Below are positions 22,962 to 34,200 of a stretch of DNA of 64,000 nt, piece after piece. Position 1 is the first letter of the stretch; every line of letters starts with the position of its first letter. The stretch is from Craspedostauros australis (taxonomy: Eukaryota), in the NCBI GenBank assembly GCA_030167865.1, contig JALAGF010003335.1:1-64000 (forward strand), written 5' to 3'. A model generated the notes under the pieces. That model saw nothing but the letters and a program-made list of their open reading frames with translations. It had not been told where the DNA came from and searched no databases. The translations under genes were made by a program, and so were the position numbers.

Positions 22962-24521
22962 ATGACAAAGGACACAACAGAGCAATCGCAAACAGCACAA
23001 CCCACGATGATGAACACGATGATGTCAGCAGGAAAGCATGCCTCATGGGACCACGAGGATGATCCGGCGACGGCCATGAACACGATGAACAACGACCGCA
23101 ACCAGCCACCGACGTTCCCGCGACGCCGCGTCTCCACCTACAGCAACGAGGGCGTGCAAACCGCCATCCATGGCTTGCAGATGCAGCCCGAGCTGCAGGA
23201 GCTGCTGCAGGAGGTTGACGATGAGGATGAGGATGCGTCTGCGAAGGAGGATACGGCCGCCAATGTCGCCGACGCAGGCAGCGAGCACGCGGCAACGGTT
23301 GCATCCACGGCGTCCTCGTCGACGCGGTCATCCAACGCGAAGGACAGCAATGTCGCCAAGCCGCAGTCCATCAGCAGCGCGGACATCCACGCGAAGTTCA
23401 GCAGCCACTCGCATCGCACCACGGCGCACCGATCTCTGCCAGACACCGAGACTGAGAAACGCGCACTTGAGAGCGAGACCATGCATCACTCCATGACCTC
23501 GTTCGATCGGCGGTGGCATCAGCCGTCTACGCCATCTCTCAACAAACGATCGGCGATTCCGCAGATGCCGCGTCGGCACAACGCCGATGCGAAGACGATG
23601 CCGGATCCATTGGCCAGCCCCACGACGAAGTCCACGGCCAGAACGAGCACCTCCACCCATCCCGGCTCCTTTCCCACGGCGCCGCAGCATCCAGTTTCAG
23701 GTCCTTCGCCGTCGCGACATTCCGTCCACTCGACACCGGATGAGACCGGCTTTTCCATGAACCACCCGCAGCAGTTCCCGAATCTGCGCTCCGACACGGC
23801 CCCGCAAATGCAGGTGCGTCTCAAGCCAAAAACGCAGTTCGCGCCACAGCAACCGACGCGACAAAGCTCGCGCCAGGCCGCGCCCGTTGCGTTGAATCCC
23901 AAGCAATCGTATCCCGTCTTCAGCGACATCCACATGAACGATGCCGCCAGCACCATCTGGGATGATCAGGACGACGATATCGACACCGTCGTGTCGGGCG
24001 GCAACCACGAGGTGGACGCGGCCGAAGCAGCACCCGTCCAGCTCCTCACCAAGAACCGCATCCGCGCCTTGCTCAGCGACATGTACGAGGACTTGGCCCA
24101 GCTCACGGAACGCACCAACGGCAAGGTGGGAGCGTGCAAGGACTGCACCAAGTACATGTCCCAACAACGCAAGGAGGAGTCGTGGAACTACTTCTTCGAC
24201 GAGTACTACAAACCAGGCTTCGTCTGGATCCGTTCGTCCGGCAACCCGATCCACCAGGAAGGCCTCGTCAAGATGTTCACGCACGATATCTCACAGCTCA
24301 ATTTCATCCTCGTCTCCGTCGATTCCATCCGCATCCTGGCGGCGGGACTCGTCGCGGTCGTCGACTACACGGCCGACCAGAGGTTCACCTACAAGAACAT
24401 CGCCAACGAAGACCGCACCGTGGTGTCGTGCGTCATGGAGATTGTCGATGGCAAGATCGCGATCGCCCACGAGCATCGCACGGCGGGGAGGCCGATTCCG
24501 AAGGCCACGCGGTGGTCATGA
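22962..24521 (+). CDS. Protein with long disordered N-terminus and C-terminal NTF2-like (DUF3804-like) domain, paralogue 1
   Basis: 519-aa ORF. C-terminal IRSSGNPI...FTYKNIANED...IAHEHRT resembles DUF3804 as I recall it (IRPSGNP, FTYKG.NDD) and aligns with the ORF at 39331..41463. Confidence 0.75.
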   Translation: MTKDTTEQSQTAQPTMMNTMMSAGKHASWDHEDDPATAMNTMNNDRNQPPTFPRRRVSTYSNEGVQTAIHGLQMQPELQELLQEVDDEDEDASAKEDTAANVADAGSEHAATVASTASSSTRSSNAKDSNVAKPQSISSADIHAKFSSHSHRTTAHRSLPDTETEKRALESETMHHSMTSFDRRWHQPSTPSLNKRSAIPQMPRRHNADAKTMPDPLASPTTKSTARTSTSTHPGSFPTAPQHPVSGPSPSRHSVHSTPDETGFSMNHPQQFPNLRSDTAPQMQVRLKPKTQFAPQQPTRQSSRQAAPVALNPKQSYPVFSDIHMNDAASTIWDDQDDDIDTVVSGGNHEVDAAEAAPVQLLTKNRIRALLSDMYEDLAQLTERTNGKVGACKDCTKYMSQQRKEESWNYFFDEYYKPGFVWIRSSGNPIHQEGLVKMFTHDISQLNFILVSVDSIRILAAGLVAVVDYTADQRFTYKNIANEDRTVVSCVMEIVDGKIAIAHEHRTAGRPIPKATRWS

Positions 24522-24822
24522 AGCGGGGAAACAATAACATACATACCAGTCGTACAAATAGAATACCATAAACAACAGCTCTTACTATTTGCGCATCTTA
24601 GGAATACCTGCGTCGCGATGAGATTGAGAGTTTGACCCCATTTTTGTTTAGCACACGCCGCGTTGAAGGACGACTTCCAACAACCAACCAACATTCGCCA
24701 AGAATCGATCAATCGCCTCTCTATCATTGTTATGGGTTCTTCGGCGGCTGGCCGGAAACGCAGACAGTTCCCATGCAAACTGGTATTATCGTCATCATCG
24801 GCATCCTTCTTAAATTCAAGTT

Positions 24823-25779
24823 TCAATCCTCATCGGCCGCATCCAAATGACGCTGCGATGATCTCGAGCTCGTCATACTCTTGAAGATGCCCCGCAGATG
24901 TTCACCCGACCGCCGACGCTCACCCGACTGCCGACGCATCTGGCCCGACGGTATCCCCGAAGCACCATACTGCACCGATTGGCTGCGCGCCTTGGGACGT
25001 GTCTTTGGCATCGTGAGGCTGGGACGTTGCGGCTTCGCGCTGCCCTTCATCGATTGGCTGCGCTCCGCTCGGGTGTTGGTCTTCGGTCGTGGTCGCTGGC
25101 GTTGGCCGCTCTTGGCGATGATGCCGTCGCCGGAGTTCGTGCGTGCGATGCGGCCGCGCGTCGGTTCGCTGATGTTGCATTCCTTCATGCGCTCGTCGAT
25201 ACTGTGCTGGGCCGTTTTGAGCATGGAGTGGCGGATCTTGCGGTCTCGGAACTCCTCGTTGAATATCTTGCCGTACGGCAGGAAGGTGTCCATGAGCTCG
25301 TCGATGATCTCCTGCTCCATCTCCACCTCCTCGCATGCTTCGGGCAGGTATCCCACGAAGAGGTCGTAATGCTCCTGGTCGATGATCTCCCGTTTCTGTC
25401 CGAGGCTCTGGTAGTACTGGAACTGCAGCTCCATGAGGTAGAGCGCGACGTCGAAGTCGTCCGGCAGCTTGTTGCCCAGCAGCAGCGTGAGGAACTGCGT
25501 GAACTGGTTCTTCGTCTCCGACATGTCGAGACCGCTGAGGAAGGGCGCCAGCACGGGATCGTCCATGACGAGCTCGAAGAAGTGCCGCAGGATGTTGATG
25601 AGGCCGCCGTCGCCGCCCATGCGATGCAGCAGGCACGTGGCGTCGAAGTCATCCTGCGTGGAGGCGTGCTGGTTGAAGAGCTCGTCCATGTCGACGCTGC
25701 GGATCTGCGACGCCGATGACTCCGAGAACAGCGCGGACAGCAGACCCATGGTATCCAGCTTGCTGTTGTCGGCCGCCAT
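24823..25779 (-). CDS. Group I truncated (2/2) haemoglobin-like protein with basic disordered C-terminal tail
   Basis: LLHRMGGDGGL, FFELVMDDPVLAPFL, QFTQFLTLLLG and EHYDLFVGYL follow the 2/2 globin pattern. Start placed at the ACCATG (MAADNSK) at 25779. Confidence 0.7.
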   Translation of the reverse strand: MAADNSKLDTMGLLSALFSESSASQIRSVDMDELFNQHASTQDDFDATCLLHRMGGDGGLINILRHFFELVMDDPVLAPFLSGLDMSETKNQFTQFLTLLLGNKLPDDFDVALYLMELQFQYYQSLGQKREIIDQEHYDLFVGYLPEACEEVEMEQEIIDELMDTFLPYGKIFNEEFRDRKIRHSMLKTAQHSIDERMKECNISEPTRGRIARTNSGDGIIAKSGQRQRPRPKTNTRAERSQSMKGSAKPQRPSLTMPKTRPKARSQSVQYGASGIPSGQMRRQSGERRRSGEHLRGIFKSMTSSRSSQRHLDAADED

Positions 25780-27100
25780 GGTTCTTCCTTTGTTTGGATT
25801 GTTCTTGATTGCTATGTGAATGGCTGTGAATGGCTGTGAATGGATGGATGGTTGGTATCTGTTCGTATCCACTTGGACGATAAGCACTTGTAGTCGTACG
25901 GTATCCACAATGCTCTGCACTCGAAAGAGAGTCACTGCGTCCAAGACGTCACGATTGCAGCGTTCGAAATGACCGCCCTCACGAAGGGTTCTCTGTTCTT
26001 GATCCTCTTGTCTTCAGCCTGGCAGTTCTTCTCGCGCAAGAGTGGGTGCAAAACACGAGCCAGCCACACACTCTGCGTGAGGTGAGAACTCTGAATTGTG
26101 GAAGTGTGGACCAGATGGCAGGATCAGAGGTTCCTGCGGGCGACGATGGAAAGAGCCAGGGTTGCTGCAGTCGATGGAGTTCCTGTGGTTGCGTGTGTGT
26201 TCCTTGTGGAGTATCGACTGTCTTCGTCGGCGCAAAAGTGGTGAGTGGCGCGAAAAATATGCTGTACTCTCGAGTAGCTCGTCGGCTGCGCGGTGAGTTG
26301 CGAGGCACAACTCGAGTGGAGGCGGTGTCGCGAGAAGGCCACTGGTAGCATTGAGCGAACGTCGGCGTTGGTGCCAATGAACTCTGAACAGTACGAACCA
26401 CTTTGGGATGCAGCCTGGCTCGATCGATGTGGATGCTGCTCCTTGTGATGCGGTTCTTGGTGTCGAACGGTGGCCTCTTCCTTCAGCGTTTGGCCTGGTC
26501 ATCTTCCTGTCATTCCACACGTCTGTATCTTTGTGTGGGTGTTTTGCACTTGCGGTTTGGACGACTGTTTGAATAATGATAGCGTTACGGTAGAATTGCG
26601 ATACTATGAGCGTTTTTCCGCTTCGGCAACGTGACACGGACTGTCCGCGTCGGCGGATCCCCTTCGTATTTGGGGAACGAACGCAGAACCTCAAACGATT
26701 GAAATAGAATAGCCGGAGGGAAAAGAATCTCCGTGAGAAATCGCTTGTTGTGCCCGTGTTGGTTGCAATCTAACGTGTGGAAGCTAGAGATATACCATCT
26801 CTGGAGAGTGTGCTGCATCGCGCGAGCACATGTACAAGTGGGAGCACGGAACGACTTCAAGACAAATCACACACTGTTGTGAAAGTGCCATACTTTTGAA
26901 TATATTGCATGAGAGTATTTATAATATAATAGTATGTATGGGTTGCAACTAGATTTCCTTCGTTTGTTGACGACCCAAGCTTGGAGGTGGCTGAGAGATG
27001 GACACATCCTGTTCGTAGGAACATGCGAGGTGCTCCTTTTTCCCAGCTTCTTCCGTGGTCTTCTGGACCTGAGGTCAATGCCGCCATGTTGGGTCGTGTC

Positions 27101-27102
27101 CT

Positions 27103-27141
<39 letters not shown>
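27101..27141. repeat. (CTG)n microsatellite immediately 3' of the V-ATPase c stop codon
   Basis: ctactgctgctgctg...ctactgctgctgct seen directly in the sequence. Confidence 0.85.
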
Positions 27142-27144
27142 CTT

Positions 27145-27831
27145 CTAGCCTGTGAGGAACAAGGCGACGACCAATCCGTACAACGCCAACGCCTCGACGA
27201 AGACAAGGCTGACGACCAGCTGCCACGATAGTTCCACGTTCTTGTTATCCGCAAGCCAGCGTTGGCGATTGCCGGCTCTGCCACCCAACAACGCACGTCC
27301 CATTCCCGCGAGCTTGCCGTCGCTGCCGTATGTGCCGGCATTATCTTCATCGGAGTCATCTGGGGCGGTCGCTGTATCCTCCTTCTTCTCCTTGCCAACC
27401 GATTCGGAACCCATGTACGGACTGCAAACCCCGTCGACGATGCAGGCCATGGCGTATCCGCTCGTGTTGCAGGCGCCGCCCACGACCATGCCAGCGAACA
27501 TGTTGCGGATGCCTTGTGCCAACGTCATCGTCTCGCCGTTGCTCAATTTGCCGACGAGAATGATGGAGATGATGAGTCCGTAGATTCCCACGACGCCAGA
27601 GATGATGATGGGGATCAAGTACTTCAACTTTTCCATCTTGCTTGTGGCGTTCGCGGACGCAGGATGGCCGGAATTGATCAGGAATCTGGCGGCTTGGGCG
27701 GAACCGGTGGTTGCGCCCATGGCGGCACAGTACATGGCGCAGAAGATGCCAAAACATGTGAGGAAGATAGGTTCCTTCAGCAAGGCGGCGAAGCCTCCTT
27801 CGGACATGGTGGTGGTTGATGATGAACTCAT
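27145..27831 (-). CDS. V-type H+-ATPase proteolipid (subunit c)-like protein, divergent
   Basis: Four TM helices; LIPIIISGVVGIYGLII and FVEALALYGLVVAL, the latter carrying the proton-binding Glu. Confidence 0.85.
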   Translation of the reverse strand: MSSSSTTTMSEGGFAALLKEPIFLTCFGIFCAMYCAAMGATTGSAQAARFLINSGHPASANATSKMEKLKYLIPIIISGVVGIYGLIISIILVGKLSNGETMTLAQGIRNMFAGMVVGGACNTSGYAMACIVDGVCSPYMGSESVGKEKKEDTATAPDDSDEDNAGTYGSDGKLAGMGRALLGGRAGNRQRWLADNKNVELSWQLVVSLVFVEALALYGLVVALFLTG

Positions 27832-30167
27832 GACTCTCGATTTGGATGTTGCTGAGCTCGGCGAATGTGCTATTCTAGTTGCTGGCTATTGCTTGCTGCC
27901 TGGAAGTGCGCAGGTACCTGGTGATCGATGAATGCGTGGTTGGTTGGGCGAGGCGATTCGAGTTCACCAATTTCTCTTTTTGTGAGGTGATCCAGTCACC
28001 GACGCAACGAATGTAGTTGGGGCAGTTGCTTGCTTGTTGGCAATGATGATGCTCGTGTAAGTGTCGCAGCAGCAAGCAACAAGAGCATCGCTGCACCAAC
28101 ACAGCCAGGGTGACAACAGGAGCTCCTTGCGTGTGCGCGTTCTCGAATGCAGCAACGTCCACCGCGAAGCAAAAGGATCAAGACGATGTGACGAAAGATA
28201 CGAAATTCCGATGATGTTCTCCACAGCACGACTCAACCAGGAGAGGCACGTCACAAATTGGAAACTGCCTTCTGCCACGAAATCTTCTGTCACCTTGGAC
28301 GCGCGGACGATGATGTTGACGATGTGAGATGTTGGGCAATTGCTTGTTCCCTCCAATCCTGATGTTGAGGCCTCGACTTCTTGCATGATCCAGACTGATC
28401 CGCACGATCCAAAATACGATCAAACCACAAGTTCGCAACATAACATAGGGCATGCGTTCCTGCCTTGTCGTCGATGAACGATACTTGCAGAGAGTGGAAG
28501 CCGTTGGTTCTTGGATGTCAATCGCAGATGGATTCTCAATCGCAGTAGCCTTGATCAGAAGTGCAAATTGGGTGAGGAGGCATGAGGATGTATCTGTCTC
28601 GGTCTGCGTACGCATAGCATGCACGATTAGTGTTCCTGCGTAGTTGCCGATCTGCCTCCAACAGATGAAATCTGTTGTCGTCGAGGTCTTCTTGCTTCTT
28701 GCTTCTTGATCGAGGCAGCGTAGACCAAGATCGGGCAGGATAGAATAGAACAGGCGACAGGCGAGCGAGTCGCATTAGCAATAACAACAACAACAGCAGC
28801 GGCGGCAAGCAACAACGAGCAAAAATGCGTTGTTGGTGTGGTGTTGTGAGCTGGCCATCTGGAATCCACCACGATTCCTGACGGGGCTGGTGTCCTCGTG
28901 TTTGATGGGGGAGATTGGTGAGGGATGAATGAGCCCTTTCGGACGTGTGCGGGCGTGTTGCATCGGTTGTGGGCGATCGTTGTTGGTAGGGGATACTGTA
29001 TGGTTCGTGGCGGGCACAACGAAATCGCAAGGAAGGTGAGACTGGCGAGGGCATACCGCGGACTTGCAGGATTCTTGTACGTACTAGAGTAGTTGCTGCG
29101 TGGTGATGAGAATGTTGCTGGTGTGTGTCTGTGTCTGTGTGCGGTCAGGATACTTTCCGGGTTCGGTTGGATTGACAAGTGAGGCTGGTGTTGCTGTGTA
29201 CGAGTATTATGGAGAGAGAGGATTCGGTCGGACACTGTTGTTGCTGCGCTGCTACTGATCTGTGACGATTCGTGCTATGGTTCGGTTCAGGTTGCTTGCT
29301 GATTCCATTTGTCGGCGAGGCGCAGTTCTCACAAAGGTTGCTTCCGTGGATGCGGGTTCGGGTCAACGGGCAAGGACAGGGCTCTGATTGGTATGGTACT
29401 GAGATTGTGTCAGGATCCGGCGAGAGGCGATTCTCCTGCGTTCTCGACAACGCACGAGCGCTTCCCGATTGGACAATGGTCGCCAGTGGGTGTCAAGGTT
29501 GACGGATTGTGGAACGAAGCGGTTGAAGGCAAGGAGACAAGGAAGGCAAAGGCGCGGCGAAGGGTGGGAGGTTGTGACAGCACCCTTGCGGGCCAGAGAG
29601 ATGGTCTCGACCCCAGAGGAACCAGTCGGGGGGACAGCTCGCGTGTGCCACCTACAGCACTCTTCCCCCCTCTGATTCCTCAGGCCAAGGGTGCATCATA
29701 AACATGTGACGAAACAGAGGAAATGAGAGCGCCGAAAACTCATCTTCTTTTGTTCGGTTGCTTTTTGTTCGACCAAAGCATTTCCTCTCCGTCACGGGTC
29801 AACGCGTGCATGTGATGATGATGTGCCTCCTACAGGAACCACGCCGCTTGCCAGCGAGCGCACGCGGCGTGGAGTCGGGATGTGAAGATGTCAGCATGGT
29901 GGAAAGGATTCATCGCAAGTGCGTACATCTGTGGGCGGTGTCATCATCAACGAATCCTTCCTCGAAAATGGCGCCACAAAAGTGTTCTGCCATCTTTTTG
30001 TGACGTCGTTCTCTATCTTCGTGGCGGAGGTTATGGTGAGTTAAGCGGGAATGGTTGGTTCACTATCAGAATGGAACAATTCCGAAGAATGACGATGGGT
30101 TCCAGGAACATCCAGAACCGCCACCACCAACAATCACCCGGCAATAACCGCGAACAACCGCAAACGC

Positions 30168-30168
30168 C

Positions 30169-30230
<62 letters not shown>
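30168..30230. repeat. Perfect (CAA)21 microsatellite, intergenic or 5' region
   Basis: Uninterrupted CAA run about 320 bp upstream of the ABHD4/5-like gene. Confidence 0.95.
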
Positions 30231-30232
<2 letters not shown>

Positions 30233-30548
30233 CGCACAGGTGAGCAGAACCACCAAACAGCCAAAGCGAAAACGATGATGTGCCGTTCAGCCCATTCATC
30301 TTCATCCCACGGCTCGTAGCTCGTATTATAGCCTCGTATTCTACCTTTCATCTCATACCATTTACACCAATCTTCTGCGCTGCGTTCATCGACCATCGAC
30401 CATCGACCATCGCTCACCAACAGACATCAAAGCGTCATCACACAAGCTTGACCAGGAAGGAGGGCTACCACAAGAGCCAAGATCGCAACACACTCCAAAG
30501 CACATCAAACCACATCAAACCACACAACGCACCGATCGCACCCTCAAG

Positions 30549-31787
30549 ATGTTCTGGTCATCGGCACTGCAATACGCTGCGAAGCTTGACACGATCCGCG
30601 TGGCGGAGGCCAAGCTTCTGGAGCACGCCAAGAAGTACCTTGCCGGAGCGTCGTTGGAATCACTGAAGATCACGCCTCTCGACACGCCGATATCGCGTTC
30701 GGTCATCCCATGGAAGGACGGCAAGAAGGTCTCCATGCAGGTGGATTTGAACGAGAAGGAAGACCAGCTCATCATGCACAGCATTCACATCGAGCGCAAG
30801 GTTGCCTGGGATGGCCAATCCCCATCCAGCGACGCACCCTTGGTGCTGGTCCACGGCTACATGAACGCGGCAGCGTACTTCTATCGCAACCTCGTCGGCT
30901 TGAGCCGGCACTTCAGCAGCATCTACTCGCTGGATCTGCTGGGCTGGGGACTGTCGTCGCGCCCCGACTTCCAGCAGCTCAAGGACACGAGCATCGAGGT
31001 GGCCGAAGAATTCTTCGTAGAATCCCTCGAGGCCTGGCGCGTCGCGAACCGCGTCGACCGCATGATCCTCGCGGGTCACAGCATGGGCGGGTACCTCAGC
31101 GTCGCGTATTGCGAACGCTACCCGCAGCACGTCGAGCGGTTGATCCTGCTGTCGCCCGTCGGCGTCAACGATGACGCTGGCAAGTACCACAAGGAGAGGA
31201 AGGAGCGCATCCAATCGAGCTTCCGCTCGCGCATCATGTACGGCATCTACGAAGGCCTCTTCAACAATTCCACGCCGGGCGTCCTGCTGCGATCGATCGG
31301 CGCATCGCGATCGTACAGCTGGGTTCTGGGATACATCCAACGACGTTTGCCAGAAATCGACACCATCGAGGAGCAGACGGCCGTGGCGGATTACCTGTTC
31401 CACAGCAACACTCTGCCGGGCAGCGGAGAGTACGGCATCCAGCGCGTGCTGAAGGCCGACATCATCGCGAAGAGACCGCTGCAGAACCGCATCCCCAAAC
31501 TGCAGGTCGACAAGGTGAGCTTCCTGTACGGCAGCCACGATTGGATGGACATCAACGGCGGCATCGCGACGCAGCTGCTGTGCACTGATCCCCAGAAGAA
31601 GATGCCGGACGTCGACATGCACATCGTGGACAAGGCCGGACATTTGCTAATGCTGCAGAACTGGCAAGCTGTGAATGCCGGCATCATCCAGGCCGGTGGT
31701 GGATCAATCACCAAACAAGAATCCCAGGATCTCAAGCTCGTCAAACCAACGGCGCAAAGCGCCACCGACGTTGGTCTTGCGGCGTAG
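30549..31787 (+). CDS. ABHD4/ABHD5 (CGI-58/Cld1/Ict1)-like lipid hydrolase or acyltransferase
   Basis: PLVLVHGY, DLLGWGLSSRP, FVESLEAWR, LAGHSMGGYL, LILLSPVG, FLYGSHDWMD and AGHLLM. Confidence 0.9.
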   Translation: MFWSSALQYAAKLDTIRVAEAKLLEHAKKYLAGASLESLKITPLDTPISRSVIPWKDGKKVSMQVDLNEKEDQLIMHSIHIERKVAWDGQSPSSDAPLVLVHGYMNAAAYFYRNLVGLSRHFSSIYSLDLLGWGLSSRPDFQQLKDTSIEVAEEFFVESLEAWRVANRVDRMILAGHSMGGYLSVAYCERYPQHVERLILLSPVGVNDDAGKYHKERKERIQSSFRSRIMYGIYEGLFNNSTPGVLLRSIGASRSYSWVLGYIQRRLPEIDTIEEQTAVADYLFHSNTLPGSGEYGIQRVLKADIIAKRPLQNRIPKLQVDKVSFLYGSHDWMDINGGIATQLLCTDPQKKMPDVDMHIVDKAGHLLMLQNWQAVNAGIIQAGGGSITKQESQDLKLVKPTAQSATDVGLAA

Positions 31788-32297
31788 CGAAAGCACGGCG
31801 CGTGTGGGTCATTCTTCCATTCATTGTCGATGCAATCTCGATGTCAGTTTGTGCATAGAAGCCAAGAGAGCACGAAGAAGGGAATTCATGGAGCAGAGCA
31901 CTCAAGAGTATTACGTTGTACACTGTTGATGAGTGTGTACGATCTATTTGTGTGTGGCGTGTGAGTCGTTGGTTTCTCTCCCTAGCCTCATCGCGAAAGC
32001 CTTCAATGATGCTCTCTCGTGACTGAATGTCGCAGAGTGACTGGATTTGAAATGTCGATCCATTTGCGTTCTTTTGCCGCCGACACGAGGAGCCAGTCAT
32101 GTCCGCGTCAGGCTGAGCATCCAAGCGAACAATCAGCGAATCAACCAACCAGCCTGAGCACAATCACAGTCAGCCACAATCACATTCATTGCATCACCAA
32201 CGTTGAAGACACAAGATCGCTAAAGGAGAGGAGAGCGAGCACGGTGCAACACAGCACGAGCATAATAGATTACGACAGAGTATAATAGAGCACGACC

Positions 32298-33938
32298 ATG
32301 GTGCTGCAACACAGACACGTGATCCTGAGCGGCATCCTTGGTGCTACTGCCTCCGCGATCGCCAAGCTGGCGCTGGGAACGGGCAGCGATGCCCTGCTGC
32401 ACCAATGGTTCACCGGCGTCTGCCAGGAACACATCCTGCCGCAGGATGGCACGGAATTCGATGAATGGCTCGTGCAGCGCGTCAACCGGTTCCTCGGACA
32501 TCTCATGATCAAGCACAACATCGTGCTGATGGACAAATGGAAGCAATGTCAGCTCGCGATTGCCGATCTCGCGGTGCAGCTGCGCATCGTGGAGGTGGAT
32601 TATTGTGCGGCCTTCGAGCTCGTGCCGCGCATCCTATGCCTCGTGCTGGTCATTGTCTGCAACGTCTGGATGGTGGCCTACTTCGTCAAGGGCATCGTGT
32701 CGTCGGGCAGCGTAGCGGGCACCACCTTGGCGAGCGCCGCCAACTTCTCGGCCTCGGCCCTGATGGGCGCCGTCATTTGGAAGGAACGCTTTTCGGACAC
32801 GTGGTGGATGGGGTTCCTTTCGGTGGTGCTGGGCGTCGTCCTCCTCTCTACCGTCCAGCCGCGGGATGATGTTCCCAAAACTTCGAATGGACGATTTACA
32901 ACCTCAGCCAACACCATCACGACGACCGTATCGAGATCATCCGCGTCGGCATCGACATCAACAAGATCGCACAGGACAAAGCCATCGACAAAAGCAGCGC
33001 CTTCGTCCTTCCTGCCCAAGATATTCACGGGCAAATCCAACTCCGCATCTGCGTCAAAGCCATCAACGTCGGGGTCATCGAGTTATGCGAAGAAGGCCAA
33101 GCCTTCCTTCTTTGGCAGAAAGCCGACCAAAATACCACGCTCGATCATCGTGGATCGGTCCTTCTGTAACGAATGCCCATTGTGCGAAGGACAGCTGTTT
33201 GACTTGGCAACAGGCGAATCGCCCATGGCCATCGCGGACATGAGTCCCAATTGCTTCCATCTCACGCATGCCAAGTGCCTCAAGCAATCCGGCCATGGCA
33301 CGCCCACATCTGGAGGCGGCAACAACATCGCGAGCACGTTGAAGGCATCGGCCAGCAAGGCCGGGTGTCCTGTTTGCGGAAAATCCATCAGCATGTGGAT
33401 CAGCTCCAAGCAGGCGGCGCACTTTGCAGCATTTTGGATCGATCGGGTCGAGGCGTGTCTGCAGGCCATGGGTCCTGCCAAAGGCGACATGCCCAGACCG
33501 GCGCAGCAAATCCGCGACATGCTGCAGCAAGACCAGACGCTCACAAAAGAGCAGAAACGCTACATCGACGACGACCCCACGGGACTCGGCAAGGGCCTCG
33601 CATCCGCACTCGAATGGGGCGGCTACGTCGATTACAACCAATGCCCCAAGGGACAGATCGGCTGGTCCAAACACCTCGTCTCGCGAGGCATATGGTGCTA
33701 CAACGCCAAGCGCGACGATCTGTGGCTGTGGGAATGGAACGACCGCCATCCGCGACAACGCTGCGAAGGATGCCAATTCCTGGATCGTTCCTTGCCCATC
33801 GCGTGCGATGGTTGCCAAGGCTCTTGTCAGGCCGCATTCTACTGTTCGGAACGGTGCAAGAAACGCGATTGGCAACGGCACAAGATGGTGTGCGAGGAGT
33901 GGAAACAGTACGGGCCAAATGGCAGCGCGGCGCAGTGA
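32298..33938 (+). CDS. Multi-domain protein: TMEM42/DMT-like membrane domain, RING-like zinc finger and C-terminal MYND zinc finger
   Basis: SGILGATASAIAKLA...AANFSASALMGAVIWKE...WWMG (TMEM42-like); CPLC..CFHLTHAKC..CPVC (RING); CEGC..CDGC..FYCSERCKKRDWQRHKMVC (MYND). Confidence 0.75.
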   Translation: MVLQHRHVILSGILGATASAIAKLALGTGSDALLHQWFTGVCQEHILPQDGTEFDEWLVQRVNRFLGHLMIKHNIVLMDKWKQCQLAIADLAVQLRIVEVDYCAAFELVPRILCLVLVIVCNVWMVAYFVKGIVSSGSVAGTTLASAANFSASALMGAVIWKERFSDTWWMGFLSVVLGVVLLSTVQPRDDVPKTSNGRFTTSANTITTTVSRSSASASTSTRSHRTKPSTKAAPSSFLPKIFTGKSNSASASKPSTSGSSSYAKKAKPSFFGRKPTKIPRSIIVDRSFCNECPLCEGQLFDLATGESPMAIADMSPNCFHLTHAKCLKQSGHGTPTSGGGNNIASTLKASASKAGCPVCGKSISMWISSKQAAHFAAFWIDRVEACLQAMGPAKGDMPRPAQQIRDMLQQDQTLTKEQKRYIDDDPTGLGKGLASALEWGGYVDYNQCPKGQIGWSKHLVSRGIWCYNAKRDDLWLWEWNDRHPRQRCEGCQFLDRSLPIACDGCQGSCQAAFYCSERCKKRDWQRHKMVCEEWKQYGPNGSAAQ

Positions 33939-34200
33939 AATGAGGATAATTATTCTGGTGAAGTTAAATGTGATGTCAACTGTGAGCGTTGTTGGTGTGA
34001 TCATGAATGATCTCTCTAGTTTCGTGCATCATGCTAAGAGGAGAATGTGCCAGGTGCATAATTGACTACTCCGACCAATCAGTCCATTCATTTTTGTGTC
34101 AGCATCATTCACCAAGATCGTAAATCTTGTGACATCAAATGCAACGCGTCCCTCCCCTCCTCTGCGCACATCCACCTTGATTGATTGACAGACCCACAAC

